IMG/VR virus record: IMGVR_UViG_2636415673_000004
Location: 1 to 48,566 of that record
From: a virus
Lineage: Duplodnaviria; Heunggongvirae; Uroviricota; Caudoviricetes
Direction: 5' to 3' (one strand)
Length of the DNA stretch: 48,566 bases
Translations under genes and position numbers: made by a program
The notes under the pieces: generated by a model
Told to the model about the DNA's origin: nothing
Seen by the model: only the letters and a program-made list of their open reading frames with translations
The model's database searches: none
Part shown: positions 24,821-34,877 of the stretch, one piece after another
Layout of the letters: each line of letters starts with the position of its first letter
Numbering within the stretch: position 1 is the first letter of the stretch

Positions 24821-25060
24821 TGTTCATTCCCCGGACAAAAACAGAGAAAGGAAACGACAGAGGCCAAAAAGCCCGTTTTCAGCACCTGTCGTTTCCTTTC
24901 TTTTCAGGGGGTGTTTTAAATAAAAACATTAAGTTACGGCGAAGAAGAACGGAAACGCCTTAAACCGGAAAATTTTCATAAATAGCGAAAACCCGCGAGG
25001 TCGCCGCCCCGTAACCTGTCGGATCGCCGGAAAGGACCCACAAAATGATAATAATTATCA
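24821..25060. other. cos packaging site: cosB 24821..24997, cosN cohesive-end 12-mer 24998..25009, cosQ region about 25010..25060
   Basis: Plus-strand aggtcgccgccc (reverse complement of the lambda left cohesive end GGGCGGCGACCT) at 24998-25009, flanked by sequence resembling both lambda ends as recalled. Confidence 0.85.
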
Positions 25061-25208
25061 TCTACATATCACAACGTGCGTGTACGCCATCAAACCACGT
25101 CAAATAATCAATTATGACGCAGGTATCGTATTAATTGATCCGCATCAACTTAACGTAAAAACAACTTCAGACAATACAAATCAGCGACACAGAATACGGG
25201 ACAACCTC

Positions 25209-25400
25209 ATGTCAACGAAGAACAGAACCCGCAGAACAACAACCCGCAACATCCGCTTTCCTAACCAAATGATTGAACAAATTAACATCGCTCTTGATCA
25301 AAAAGGGTCCGGGAATTTCTCAGCCTGGGTCATTGAAGCCTGCCGTCGGAGACTAACGTCAGAAAAGAGAGCATCTACATCAATCAAAAGTGATGAATAA
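25209..25400 (+). CDS. Small ribbon-helix-helix-type DNA-binding protein (63 aa); start uncertain (ORF-track frame begins with GTG at 25080)
   Basis: MSTKNRTRRTTTRNIRFPNQMIEQINIALDQKGSGNFSAWVIEACRRRL has the beta-strand plus two-helix pattern of RHH (Arc/CopG-like) proteins. Confidence 0.45.
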   Translation: MSTKNRTRRTTTRNIRFPNQMIEQINIALDQKGSGNFSAWVIEACRRRLTSEKRASTSIKSDE

Positions 25401-25653
25401 TGAATATCCCGGTTTCTTTACCTCCCCTCCCACCCCGCACAGGACTGGCGAACGTGTGGGACAAATATGTGAGTCATAAACGCCTTATCTTCAGAAATGC
25501 AGTTGGCATCCGAACAGGACGATATTGTAACTTCACCTAATTACGAGGCATTGCAGTAGTTGAATTGTAGTTCTGTATTAGCCTGACAGTGACAGAATGC
25601 GATATTGACTCTGTCACAGGTGAAATAGTTTGAATGGTTAGCAGTTATGGCGA

Positions 25654-25860
25654 TCAGTCAACCACCAGGGAATAATCCTTCGAATTCTTATCGTGCTTCA
25701 CCAACGCTGCCTCAATTGCCCTGAATGCTTCCAGAGACACTTGATGTTCTATACATGCAATTACAACATCCGGATAACTCATAGAAATGGTGCTAGTGAG
25801 CATAGTTTTTACACGGACCTGATCCAAGGATGAGTCATCAGTGTATTGATCTTTATGCAT
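25654..25860 (-). CDS. Hypothetical protein (68 aa)
   Basis: ATG with GGAG 7 nt upstream; no recognised domain. Confidence 0.4.
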   Translation of the reverse strand: MHKDQYTDDSSLDQVRVKTMLTSTISMSYPDVVIACIEHQVSLEAFRAIEAALVKHDKNSKDYSLVVD

Positions 25861-26155
25861 TTTGTCGCTCCATGCGTTTGCTCTTCACTTGCGGCTAAAA
25901 ATATAACGTCAAATCACTCAGCATGAAAGTGTGAAAGTTTCAGCGCGTTTCCCTTACATAATCTGTCGTTTGTATTCTCTCCAGGCATACCGGAAAGACT
26001 AGGTATTGTCACACAACCAATACCACCGACTATCGAGATTTATATCTATTCGGTAATGTTTAAATATAACAAAACCCCGTAAAAACGAGGTTTATGGGTA
26101 AATTGTATTGTTGAATAGCATCTGATAAGAAATTGATGCTAATACTATAAACACA

Positions 26156-26329
26156 CTAGATTAAATCAATCTTGATATCATAGCTTTCAAGACCAGTCAT
26201 TTTTTCCCGTGCAGTAAACTGGATACTGGTAACTTCTTTCCCGGTCTTTTTCTTAAGCTCAATAATTTTTTTTGTTATATATTCAGAAATATCTGCTTCT
26301 GTTTTTGTTTTTAACTCTTCAATGTTCAT
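26156..26329 (-). CDS. gnsB: GnsA/GnsB-family protein (57 aa)
   Basis: MNIEELKTKTEADISEYITKKIIELKKKTGKEVTSIQFTAREKMTGLESYDIKIDLI resembles E. coli GnsB as recalled. Confidence 0.7.
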   Translation of the reverse strand: MNIEELKTKTEADISEYITKKIIELKKKTGKEVTSIQFTAREKMTGLESYDIKIDLI

Positions 26330-26501
26330 CATTTCCTCTTTTAGTCTGTTATGACTTTCCTGGTACACAGTAGTGTCAATTATATGGAGCAAACGTATAA
26401 AAGATAAGATGAAACATCGCAATAATCAACATACGACAGTCTAAATTTCGCACAAACAGATAAAGATGATTATCCTTTATTATCAAGGCATTAGAATGAA
26501 A

Positions 26502-26732
26502 TCAATTCAAGAGTCTCATTGCTGCTTCCAGAATTTCTTCTGAAGTTACATGTCGATCCGCTGCTACATAAATGACTTTATGATCTCCGGTCAGAGATGG
26601 AAACCCTGCAGCCATTACAGTGAGATGTGTTGTTTCGCCATTTGGATATTCACGCATGATGGTGTTAACTCCGGTCATCACTGGCACTACCATTGCTGGT
26701 TCAGAGTTAAAAAAAACTATTATTTTTTTCAT
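26502..26732 (-). CDS. Hypothetical protein (about 76 aa); start uncertain
   Basis: ORF-track frame; internal ATG at 26732 (MKKIIVFFNSEPAM...) preferred over the distal GTG. Confidence 0.35.
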   Translation of the reverse strand: MKKIIVFFNSEPAMVVPVMTGVNTIMREYPNGETTHLTVMAAGFPSLTGDHKVIYVAADRHVTSEEILEAAMRLLN

Positions 26733-26774
26733 GATGTTACCGTAATATGTGAGTATCCATCGACTAGACACTAA

Positions 26775-26800
26775 GCAAAAAAGCTCCCGAAGGAGCCTTC
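26775..26800 (-). terminator. Rho-independent terminator (minus strand)
   Basis: Minus-strand GGCTCC-TTCG-GGAGC followed by TTTTTT. Confidence 0.5.
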
Positions 26801-27003
26801 ATTTTCACTTTCTTAAATCTAACGACAGACGGCTAACATTTAAGTATTGTGAAATATTATCAAATGTAATCATCATTGATTTACAAAAGATACATTTTGC
26901 CCCGAAAGGATTCCTGTCAGAAACATCAAAAGATGATGTTCTATACTGAGAACCATGGCAACACGGGCATCTAAAGTGAATATGGTTTGTAATATTTTCT
27001 ACC

Positions 27004-27216
27004 TCAAAGTGCCACTACATGAACAGCCGCGGGGCCTTTAGGTCCGTTCTCAATACCAAATTCGACTTGCTGATTCTCAGTTAACGTTTTGAAATCGTTG
27101 CTCTGAATAGCTGAGAAATGGACAAACACATCTTTGCTACCATCTTTCGGCGTGATGAAACCAAAACCTTTTTCAGGGTTAAACCATTTCACTAAACCAG
27201 TCATTTTGTTAGACAT
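27004..27216 (-). CDS. cspI: Cold-shock protein CspI (70 aa)
   Basis: [45 protein letters not shown]... is a cold-shock domain with RNP motifs. Confidence 0.85.
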   Translation of the reverse strand: MSNKMTGLVKWFNPEKGFGFITPKDGSKDVFVHFSAIQSNDFKTLTENQQVEFGIENGPKGPAAVHVVAL

Positions 27217-27584
27217 CATTATTACCTTTTGAAGAAGTTAGCCCTTGGGCAGAATGGTCCGAAAAAAATATCAGAGAGAAAAACCAACAAGGAAATCTCA
27301 AGAGGTACAAATAATAAAATTATAACAATGACTGCTTCAGATAATTTTGTAACAAACCAGAACACCATTAACGCATGATTAACCAACCATAGCAAGGATT
27401 ACTTTTGTAAAGAAAAACACACGAATGAAACAATAGCTTTATTTATTAATAAAACGTATCATTCTGTCTAATGACCTTTTATCTTACCCTTAAGATTTCA
27501 AGGATTTTGACTCATGGAAGAGTCCTTTTTATTTAAATTTCACATTCAGCGCTAAAAATAATCCGATTTAATGTTAATCTACAT

Positions 27585-28606
<1,022 letters not shown>

Positions 28607-28711
28607 GGATATTTATCAGGATTTATCGGTTTCTGAACCCTGGATATGTTTATCTGTCCCGGCCTGTTGAATCAGGCGGGGAAAAGGTAAAGACAATCAA
28701 GAGGATTATTT

Positions 28712-28984
28712 ATGGACAATAACACCATTTCTCTACAGGAGTTGCTCGACTGCATTTCAAAGCTTCGGGATGATGTAAATGCCCTCACTGTTGCATTTTC
28801 ATATTTGGCCTTATCAATTCCCAGAGAACAAATGCAACCAACACTGGCATCGCTCCTGCTTGAATCACGCAACCCCAAATGGTCCCAGGAACAACAAAAT
28901 TCTTTCAAGTGGCTGGCGGCATTACTGGAAGAAAAATATGCTGGTAAAATTACCATTTCGGTGGAGTCTTCAGAGAATCAGTAA
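28712..28984 (+). CDS. Hypothetical protein (90 aa) encoded antisense inside the lysis cassette
   Basis: Strong RBS (AAGAGGA, 6 nt, ATG) and non-repetitive sequence MDNNTISLQELLDCISKLRDDVNALTVAF...; its 3' end overlaps the convergent 28950..29294 gene by 35 nt. Confidence 0.45.
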   Translation: MDNNTISLQELLDCISKLRDDVNALTVAFSYLALSIPREQMQPTLASLLLESRNPKWSQEQQNSFKWLAALLEEKYAGKITISVESSENQ

Positions 28985-29294
28985 TTCTTCCTGGTAGCTT
29001 TCCTTTGTAAGTTATCCACACATTCTGCGCCTCTAAAATTACGGGGCGCTTTTCCGGCGACTGCTCATCCCCTTCACATAACCCGGCTGCAACTTCCAGG
29101 AAGACCTGTCTGATGCTCCTTCTGGCTGCTGCCTCATAAAACTCCAGCGCGGCACCTTCAACACGGTCCAGCGAGATGTCCAGGTCAAAAATTTCACCGT
29201 CAAAGCGTTTTTTGTCCCTTAATGCTACAGTTACCGCAACTTTATTCTCAAAATTGCGGATCCCTTTCACAATCAGTTCATAGTTTTGTGTCAT
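28950..29294 (-). CDS. Hypothetical protein between holin and endolysin (about 114 aa; possibly YdfR-like)
   Basis: ATG at 29294 with GGGGAGAG upstream, 4 nt after the holin stop; MTQNYELIVKGIRNFENKVAVT.... Confidence 0.5.
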   Translation of the reverse strand: MTQNYELIVKGIRNFENKVAVTVALRDKKRFDGEIFDLDISLDRVEGAALEFYEAAARRSIRQVFLEVAAGLCEGDEQSPEKRPVILEAQNVWITYKGKLPGRITDSLKTPPKW

Positions 29295-29298
29295 TGAA

Positions 29299-29514
29299 TT
29301 ACTCTCCCCGTGCAACCTTACGCTTGTCTTCTTTAATCTTGAAATAAAGGTTTGTCAGGTACGTCAGCAAGCCAAATACCAGACTACCCAGCACACCGAT
29401 TGCAGCCCACTGTGACGGAGTTACTTTATCGAGTAACTGCAATGCCCAGAAACCAGCATTACCAGCCGATGTGCCATAGGCGATACCTGTTGTTAACTTA
29501 TCCATTGATTTCAT
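29299..29514 (-). CDS. essQ: Phage-21-type pinholin S (dual-start, 71/68 aa)
   Basis: [28 protein letters not shown]... with two in-frame starts (M1 and M4) and two TMDs; paired with a SAR endolysin. Confidence 0.85.
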   Translation of the reverse strand: MKSMDKLTTGIAYGTSAGNAGFWALQLLDKVTPSQWAAIGVLGSLVFGLLTYLTNLYFKIKEDKRKVARGE

Positions 29515-29732
29515 ATCCTCACCCCGATGTACACAGATGGTGCAATATGTTTGAAAAGATCGGAGTCTATGGGGTAGTTTTTATAGCAAACGTTGTTCTC
29601 AACGGCGCTAAAAAACAGACACATTAAAAATGTGGGTAATTATTTTAAAAGAAAATCATATATTAAATAATAATACGAGATATGTTTTCATATTTAGTGT
29701 ACTGTATACGGCCATTTATACAGGAAAAGCCT

Positions 29733-29903
29733 ATGTCAGAACGTAAAGACTCAAAATCACGCCGTAATTATCTCGTTAAATGTTCCTGCCCAAACTGCAC
29801 CCAAGAGTCAGAACACAGTTTTTCAAGAATACAAAAAGGTGCCCTTTTGATCTGCCCTCATTGCAACAAAGTATTCCAGACAAATCTTAAAGCTGTAGCT
29901 TGA
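29733..29903 (+). CDS. ynfU: Small zinc-ribbon protein (56 aa), YnfU-like
   Basis: MSERKDSKSRRNYLVKCSCPNCTQESEHSFSRIQKGALLICPHCNKVF has a CxxC...CxxC ribbon; ATG at 29733. Confidence 0.5.
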   Translation: MSERKDSKSRRNYLVKCSCPNCTQESEHSFSRIQKGALLICPHCNKVFQTNLKAVA

Positions 29904-30266
29904 TTGATTTTATTCGTAACAAGTATTTTTTATATTTTAATAACATATTTAAAGCAGATAATAAAAAACCCGCCTGAGCGGGTTTAATATTGTGGTACTT
30001 TTTGTGGGAGTCATCCACTTACGCACTTTGTTTTGCTATGCCAGCAGTTAGCTTCTGCTGTAAAACTATTCATGCAGCAAACCTGCACTTCACCACAATG
30101 GTTAGCATACTTTTCCTGATTAAGTTATTGCCAAATATGCTGGCCATTGTTTCATGTATTGGACCTCCTTACTATTTATTAAAGAGATCCAATATTCACC
30201 ACTCTGTCTGTATCTCCACTCAGGCATCAGCCTTCTTCGTTATCGTATACAGACAAACTATGAATT

Positions 30267-30482
30267 TTAATCAGTAATTATGACATTTGCTGCTGCAGGA
30301 CCTTTAGCACCACTCTCTACAGAGAAGGTAACCTTTTGACCTTCAAATAAGGTTCGATAATTATCATTCTGAATCGCAGAAAAATGCACAAACACATCTT
30401 TACTACCATCAACAGGAGAAATAAAGCCAAAACCTTTATCAGCGTTAAACCATTTTACTAAACCAGTCATTTTATTTGACAT
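30267..30482 (-). CDS. cspB: Cold-shock protein CspB (71 aa)
   Basis: [45 protein letters not shown].... Confidence 0.85.
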   Translation of the reverse strand: MSNKMTGLVKWFNADKGFGFISPVDGSKDVFVHFSAIQNDNYRTLFEGQKVTFSVESGAKGPAAANVIITD

Positions 30483-30782
30483 TCTACATTCCTTAACTTG
30501 AGCCTTTCGGCATAAATGGCTTGTATAACAGAAACGACTTCGTACTTAATTGGAGAGACTCAAAGAAGGAATAAGTGAATAACACCTGAAATGAGAACTG
30601 CTTTAGTAAACTACTTCGTATATCGTCTGTTCTTCAAACCGACGCAATCATTAACGCATAGTTGAACATATGAAGCAATGTTTATTTTAGACATCCAGCC
30701 ATCTTCAACCCCATCAAAAAACTATAGCTTTCTTCAGGAACGTGTGTATAGTGCGCCAAGTTATCAGTATTAAGGAATTTTT

Positions 30783-30995
30783 TTGTCCCGTAAAATGACA
30801 GGAATTCTCAAAACCTTTGACGGCAAAAGCGGCAAAGGTCTTATAACCCCATCCGATGGTCGTATCGATGTCTAGCTTCATGTTTCAGCGCTCAATCTCC
30901 GCGATGCAGAAGAAATTACCACCGGATTACGCGTGGAATTTTGCCGGATAAATGGTCTGCGTGGACCATCAGCTGCCAATGTTTACCTTTCATGA
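30783..30995 (+). pseudogene. cspF: cspF-like cold-shock gene disrupted by an in-frame amber codon; TTG at the expected start
   Basis: Frame reads (L)[32 protein letters not shown](30873-30875)[42 protein letters not shown]. Confidence 0.6.
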
Positions 30996-31274
30996 GCTAT
31001 ATTAAAGCTTTAACTTCAAGCCCCATCGAATCAAACATGGAGAGTTTTCATGAATAAACCCGTCTGTCTTGATGACTGGTTGATTGGCTTTAAAAGCTTA
31101 TGCTGTACTTTGACCTTAATAGCTCTGCTAATAATGTAATAAGCAGACTCATTGTATCTATGGACATTGTACTGGAAGAAAACATTTTAAACATCAGGCA
31201 AAAAACAAAGTCACCCGATAAATAATAAGTAAACTAACATGAATCCCGTAATGAGATTCAACATCTCTATTACC

Positions 31275-31312
31275 CTATTTAAAGCACAAAAACCCGCTCA
31301 TCAGCGGGTTTT
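31275..31312. terminator. Hairpin plus flanking A/T runs; candidate tR' for the late transcript and/or cspF terminator
   Basis: aaaaACCCGCT-catc-AGCGGGTtttctacttttt: GC stem with U-runs on both strands. Confidence 0.5.
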
Positions 31313-31347
31313 CTACTTTTTCTTAACTTCGGGTATACAAAGCCCAT

Positions 31348-31376
31348 CGTTGAAAAAATTTTATCCATATTTTTTG
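31348..31376 (-). promoter_or_regulatory. Candidate late promoter pR' just downstream of Q
   Basis: Minus-strand TTGCAT, 17-nt spacer, TAAAAT; about 45 bp below the Q stop. Confidence 0.4.
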
Positions 31377-31417
31377 AAAAATGCAAGCATCACGTCGCCA
31401 TCTTCGGCGAAAATCAC

Positions 31418-32170
31418 TTATCTCGTCACCTTTCTCAATTGTGCTTCAGCGTAAGATTCCTCCTGCCAGCACTTTGTAACCAGTTTATCAATGACATTTG
31501 CATATCCTTTATACCACTGATAATCACTCAGGTCCGGTACCAGCTTCTGGACATGATGCCGCGCCAGTGTGGTTGGTAAACGACTAAACCGTTTTCCATT
31601 GCAACGCCCACAAATCTTATAAACAGGTGTGCCATGAAGCCGGGTCCTTTTTTCATCCAGGACAATACCTTTACCCTTACACCCTCTGCACGCTGTGCTG
31701 ACTTCTCCCTTACCATGGCAATGCTGACATAGTTCCTTCACCCACTCTTCTTTGATAACAGATTCCCCGCTTCTGGAGTGTTTCACCACTTCGCGCAATA
31801 CATTATGAAATCCAGTACCAGCACAATGCTCACAACGAGCCTTACTTGCCGCAGACCTGGAATAATCAGCAAAGGCAAAATTCACAAGGTAAGGAATAAT
31901 CTGTAGCCGGGTTTCTTCACTCAATTTATTCAATGTCGGGTTATCCAGTGCCATCGCGTAATTGAGCAGACCTTCAATCGCAAACTGAGGATCCTGAACA
32001 CCAACTTTTGCCAGGAATAAGGCAAACCCAAGCGGTGCTTTCGACTGCACCATCCCCTGCGCAGCCATCACATCCGTAATCGTTAAACCACCAGAGCCTG
32101 TCGCCGGTGCGTCATCACTCAATTTTGGAGATTTTGGGGAGTAATATTTTGGTAAGGCTTCAAGGTTCAT
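31418..32170 (-). CDS. quuQ: Late-gene antiterminator Q (250 aa, QuuQ-like)
   Basis: Cys-rich zinc-binding motifs (CEHCAGTG...CQHCHGKG...CRGCKGKG...CGRCNGK); same length as QuuQ; sits before the late promoter and lysis genes. Confidence 0.8.
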   Translation of the reverse strand: MNLEALPKYYSPKSPKLSDDAPATGSGGLTITDVMAAQGMVQSKAPLGFALFLAKVGVQDPQFAIEGLLNYAMALDNPTLNKLSEETRLQIIPYLVNFAFADYSRSAASKARCEHCAGTGFHNVLREVVKHSRSGESVIKEEWVKELCQHCHGKGEVSTACRGCKGKGIVLDEKRTRLHGTPVYKICGRCNGKRFSRLPTTLARHHVQKLVPDLSDYQWYKGYANVIDKLVTKCWQEESYAEAQLRKVTR

Positions 32171-32183
32171 GCTCGTTCTCCAC

Positions 32184-33179
32184 TTACGCCAGTACGCCTA
32201 TTGCCAGCGCACGATCGATAAAACGAAATATCAGCTCCAGCTGGGAGCCATACTTCTCTTCAAATGCCACGGTATCCGCATGCAGCTCGTCGTGATGCTT
32301 TCTGCACAAAGGCAACACAAAAAGGTCATGCGCTTTTGTACCCATTCCCCCCTGACCGTGGCCTATCAGGTGGTGGGGATCATCAGCAGGTTTTCCACAA
32401 CATGCGCACGGCTGCGTCTTAACCCAGCGCGTGTACTTTTCATTAACCCAGCGGTGACGTTTTGGGCGTAACATAAAAGACTCCGGCGACTCCGGATCCA
32501 CTTTCAGCGCCAGCACCTTTTTCGCCTTATCCTGGATGATGCTGGTGGCAGGAACCGAAGGCACAAGGTCACTTTCCCGGGTAACAGACGGCACAACAGG
32601 CTTCGGTAATCTCAGTGCCTTACGGGCTGCACTTTCCGGTAAGGCATCCGCCAGATCATTACGAATCAGCCACCAGCACAGTTCCGGCATTGTCACAACA
32701 TGACAGTCATCAAAACCGAGATCCCGACGCACAACAGACAACACCCAGCGGGCACAGTTATCCGTTGCCATTGATTCCAGCCGTTCCGTGAACTGATCGC
32801 GCAGCTGGTTATCGCAGTGCCAGCACAGACGGATTGCGCCCGGAGCGTGTCGCATTGTTGTCATGTTCTCGCTGTGCCAGTCGGAATGAGGCCACTGGCA
32901 GCCTTTTTCACGAAGTAACCAGCTTTCAAGACATTCCACGCCACCAGCACGACGGATCACTGCCTCATTGCGGAACACGGCCCGAACGGCAGGATCATCC
33001 GCCAGCGGTTGTGATGCCGCCGGAACGGCACCACTGGCGAAAGATGAATAACGTTCCGGCTCAGGCTCCAGCAGGACACGCCCCTGCATAAACAAGGGCA
33101 TCAGCTCTGAACCTGGTCTGAACAATACGATCCCCATACGCGGGGCAATTTCAGGGGTCAGTAGTGCTCTCACGGTCAC
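32184..33179 (-). CDS. DUF968-family protein with C-terminal HNH-like motif (331 aa), YdfU-like
   Basis: C-terminal CACCGKPADDPHHLIGHGQGG...LCRKHHDELH motif; position between the KilA-N gene and Q. Confidence 0.5.
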   Translation of the reverse strand: MTVRALLTPEIAPRMGIVLFRPGSELMPLFMQGRVLLEPEPERYSSFASGAVPAASQPLADDPAVRAVFRNEAVIRRAGGVECLESWLLREKGCQWPHSDWHSENMTTMRHAPGAIRLCWHCDNQLRDQFTERLESMATDNCARWVLSVVRRDLGFDDCHVVTMPELCWWLIRNDLADALPESAARKALRLPKPVVPSVTRESDLVPSVPATSIIQDKAKKVLALKVDPESPESFMLRPKRHRWVNEKYTRWVKTQPCACCGKPADDPHHLIGHGQGGMGTKAHDLFVLPLCRKHHDELHADTVAFEEKYGSQLELIFRFIDRALAIGVLA

Positions 33180-33180
33180 C

Positions 33181-33996
33181 TCAATGAACGGTATCGAGCA
33201 GCTTTAACAGCTCAGGGAATCGGGATTCGAAGAAATGCGGCTGCGTCTCGCGCGGATTTGCAGGACTGGTGATGTTCTTGCCGAACATGCAGCCTTTCGC
33301 GGTCAGCGACCAGAATTTTTTGATGTTGTTAATCGCGGTACGACTGTATCGTTCGCGTTGTTCAACGATCCCCAGCTTCGCCATCTGGTGATATGCCTGA
33401 TTAGCCGTCAGGCGGATACCATACTGCTTCAGCAGTGCACTCAGCGACAGCGTAGGGCGGCTTGAACCATCTGGCGCATCAGCAGGTGCATCAATGGCAT
33501 AGATCGGCATAAGTTCAGGAAGACCAGCTACCTTTGATAATTTCTGGTATGCACCAAGTTTCGAGGAGTTTGACAGATTTAGAGTCTTCGCTGCTGATTC
33601 AAGCAGAATGACCCCGGATTTAATTTTGTCGGATGTGGTTTCTTCTGGTGATGAATTATGAAGCGCATCAAAAGTACGTATCACTTTTAAGCTGAATGCC
33701 GGGCTGATCCACATTGCATATGCATAGACCAGCTCTTTACAGACATACGTCCCACCATTGCGCCCCTGAATGGTGATGACAGGAATACTACGGGAATCTC
33801 CCGTAGTTTCTTCTTCCAATAATTCCACAAGAGCCTTCGTTTCAGGACGACGCATAAACTCGTGAACTTCCAGCGAACGGGAGGAGCGATTCTCACCAGC
33901 GGCAAGAAGAGCAGCTTTCTGAAGGTCGTTAAGACAGTAGTTAGATTCGAAGTACTGGCGCACAGAAACGCCATCAATTACAAGCAACTGATTCAT
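33181..33996 (-). CDS. KilA-N domain protein (antirepressor-like), about 271 aa
   Basis: N-terminal KilA-N signature (...ITIQGRNGGTYVCKELVYAYAMWISPAFSLKVIRTFD); ATG at 33996 with GGAG 6 nt upstream. Confidence 0.7.
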   Translation of the reverse strand: MNQLLVIDGVSVRQYFESNYCLNDLQKAALLAAGENRSSRSLEVHEFMRRPETKALVELLEEETTGDSRSIPVITIQGRNGGTYVCKELVYAYAMWISPAFSLKVIRTFDALHNSSPEETTSDKIKSGVILLESAAKTLNLSNSSKLGAYQKLSKVAGLPELMPIYAIDAPADAPDGSSRPTLSLSALLKQYGIRLTANQAYHQMAKLGIVEQRERYSRTAINNIKKFWSLTAKGCMFGKNITSPANPRETQPHFFESRFPELLKLLDTVH

Positions 33997-34092
33997 TGGT
34001 TTCTCCACAAATTTTTATCCACGAGCGGGACTGCACTCCCTTTTCGTTGATGCAGGATGAACTTACTGCGATTTTTAATAGTTATCAAGGAT

Positions 34093-34113
34093 ACACTGTT
34101 CATAAATACAGTA
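34093..34113. promoter_or_regulatory. LexA (SOS) box in the promoter region upstream of the KilA-N gene
   Basis: caCTGTtcataaatACAGta: perfect CTGT-N8-ACAG core (34096-34111) with AT-rich spacer, about 16/20 match to TACTGTATATATATACAGTA. Confidence 0.65.
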
Positions 34114-34158
34114 TCTTTAACGAGGTAATACCCAAATTTAGGGTGTTGCTCAATTCCG

Positions 34159-34554
34159 TTACCGAGTTGCTAATTTGCAACTCGCTTTTTCGTACTTACT
34201 GATAGTGATCTCGACCTTCCCCTCCGGGATAACCGGTCCCCACTCCACCAGCATTCTTTTCACCTGACTGTCGTCTTCCCACACCCCCGCGTGGGTCAGG
34301 GCGTCAAACAGCGCCTTGTTATAGTTGTCCAGATCGCGGATCCGGTTATCCGGAGGAAACAACACGATCTCCACTGAAGCAGGTGCCGACGTTGGTTTCG
34401 GCAGACGACGTAACTGCTCAACTATTGCTGCACACGCCGCGCTCTGGAATTTTCGCCCCGCCGCGCTTATCAGGCTCTTACCAGCAAACGCCCCTTTGTT
34501 GGGGTGTCGCCAGTACGTGTTCACGCTGGGCGGAAAAGGCAGGATCAGCTTCAT
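34159..34554 (-). CDS. rusA: RusA-family Holliday-junction resolvase (131 aa)
   Basis: LPFPPSVNTYWRH...RDLDNYNKALFDALTHAGVWEDDSQV has the RusA catalytic-Asp region; ATGA overlap with the upstream gene. Confidence 0.8.
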   Translation of the reverse strand: MKLILPFPPSVNTYWRHPNKGAFAGKSLISAAGRKFQSAACAAIVEQLRRLPKPTSAPASVEIVLFPPDNRIRDLDNYNKALFDALTHAGVWEDDSQVKRMLVEWGPVIPEGKVEITISKYEKASCKLATR

Positions 34555-34877
34555 ACTTTCAGGCCTCTCTCATGTAACCAATGGGCTGCACGCAGCCTGG
34601 CGTTTTCCTCACCGGCAAGCAGTGAGCGGATAATCCCGACCGCCTCGCTGTCGTCGTCCTTCGCCACGGTATGAAGCGTGATCCCCCGGGCCACACCACG
34701 CTTTATCGTGATGACGCCTTTTTTCTCCAGTGCGCGAAGATGCTCCACCGCTGCATTCACTGAACGGTATCCCAGCATGGTTGCCACCTCCAGATTGGTT
34801 GGCGGGAAGCCACGTTCTTTCTGATAAGAAATCAGCATATCCAGCACCTGCTGCTGGCATTGAGTTAACGTCGTCAT
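34551..34877 (-). CDS. LexA-like winged-HTH DNA-binding protein lacking the S24 peptidase domain (108 aa)
   Basis: MTTLTQCQQQVLDMLISYQKERGFPPTNLEVATMLGYRSVNAAVEHLRALEKKGVITIKRGVARGITL aligns with the LexA N-terminal DBD; no Ser/Lys peptidase domain follows. Confidence 0.65.
   Translation of the reverse strand: MTTLTQCQQQVLDMLISYQKERGFPPTNLEVATMLGYRSVNAAVEHLRALEKKGVITIKRGVARGITLHTVAKDDDSEAVGIIRSLLAGEENARLRAAHWLHERGLKV

Noticed and set aside
25080-25208. Long (106-aa) form of the RHH ORF next to cos
   Set aside because: The ORF-track start is a GTG inside cosQ-like sequence with no RBS; the internal ATG at 25209 begins the RHH fold, though neither start has a strong SD.
31239-31454. 71-aa plus-strand ORF between cspF and Q
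   Set aside because: Overlaps the candidate pR'/tR' elements and the 3' end of Q on the opposite strand; Phe/Ser-rich AT-rich translation.
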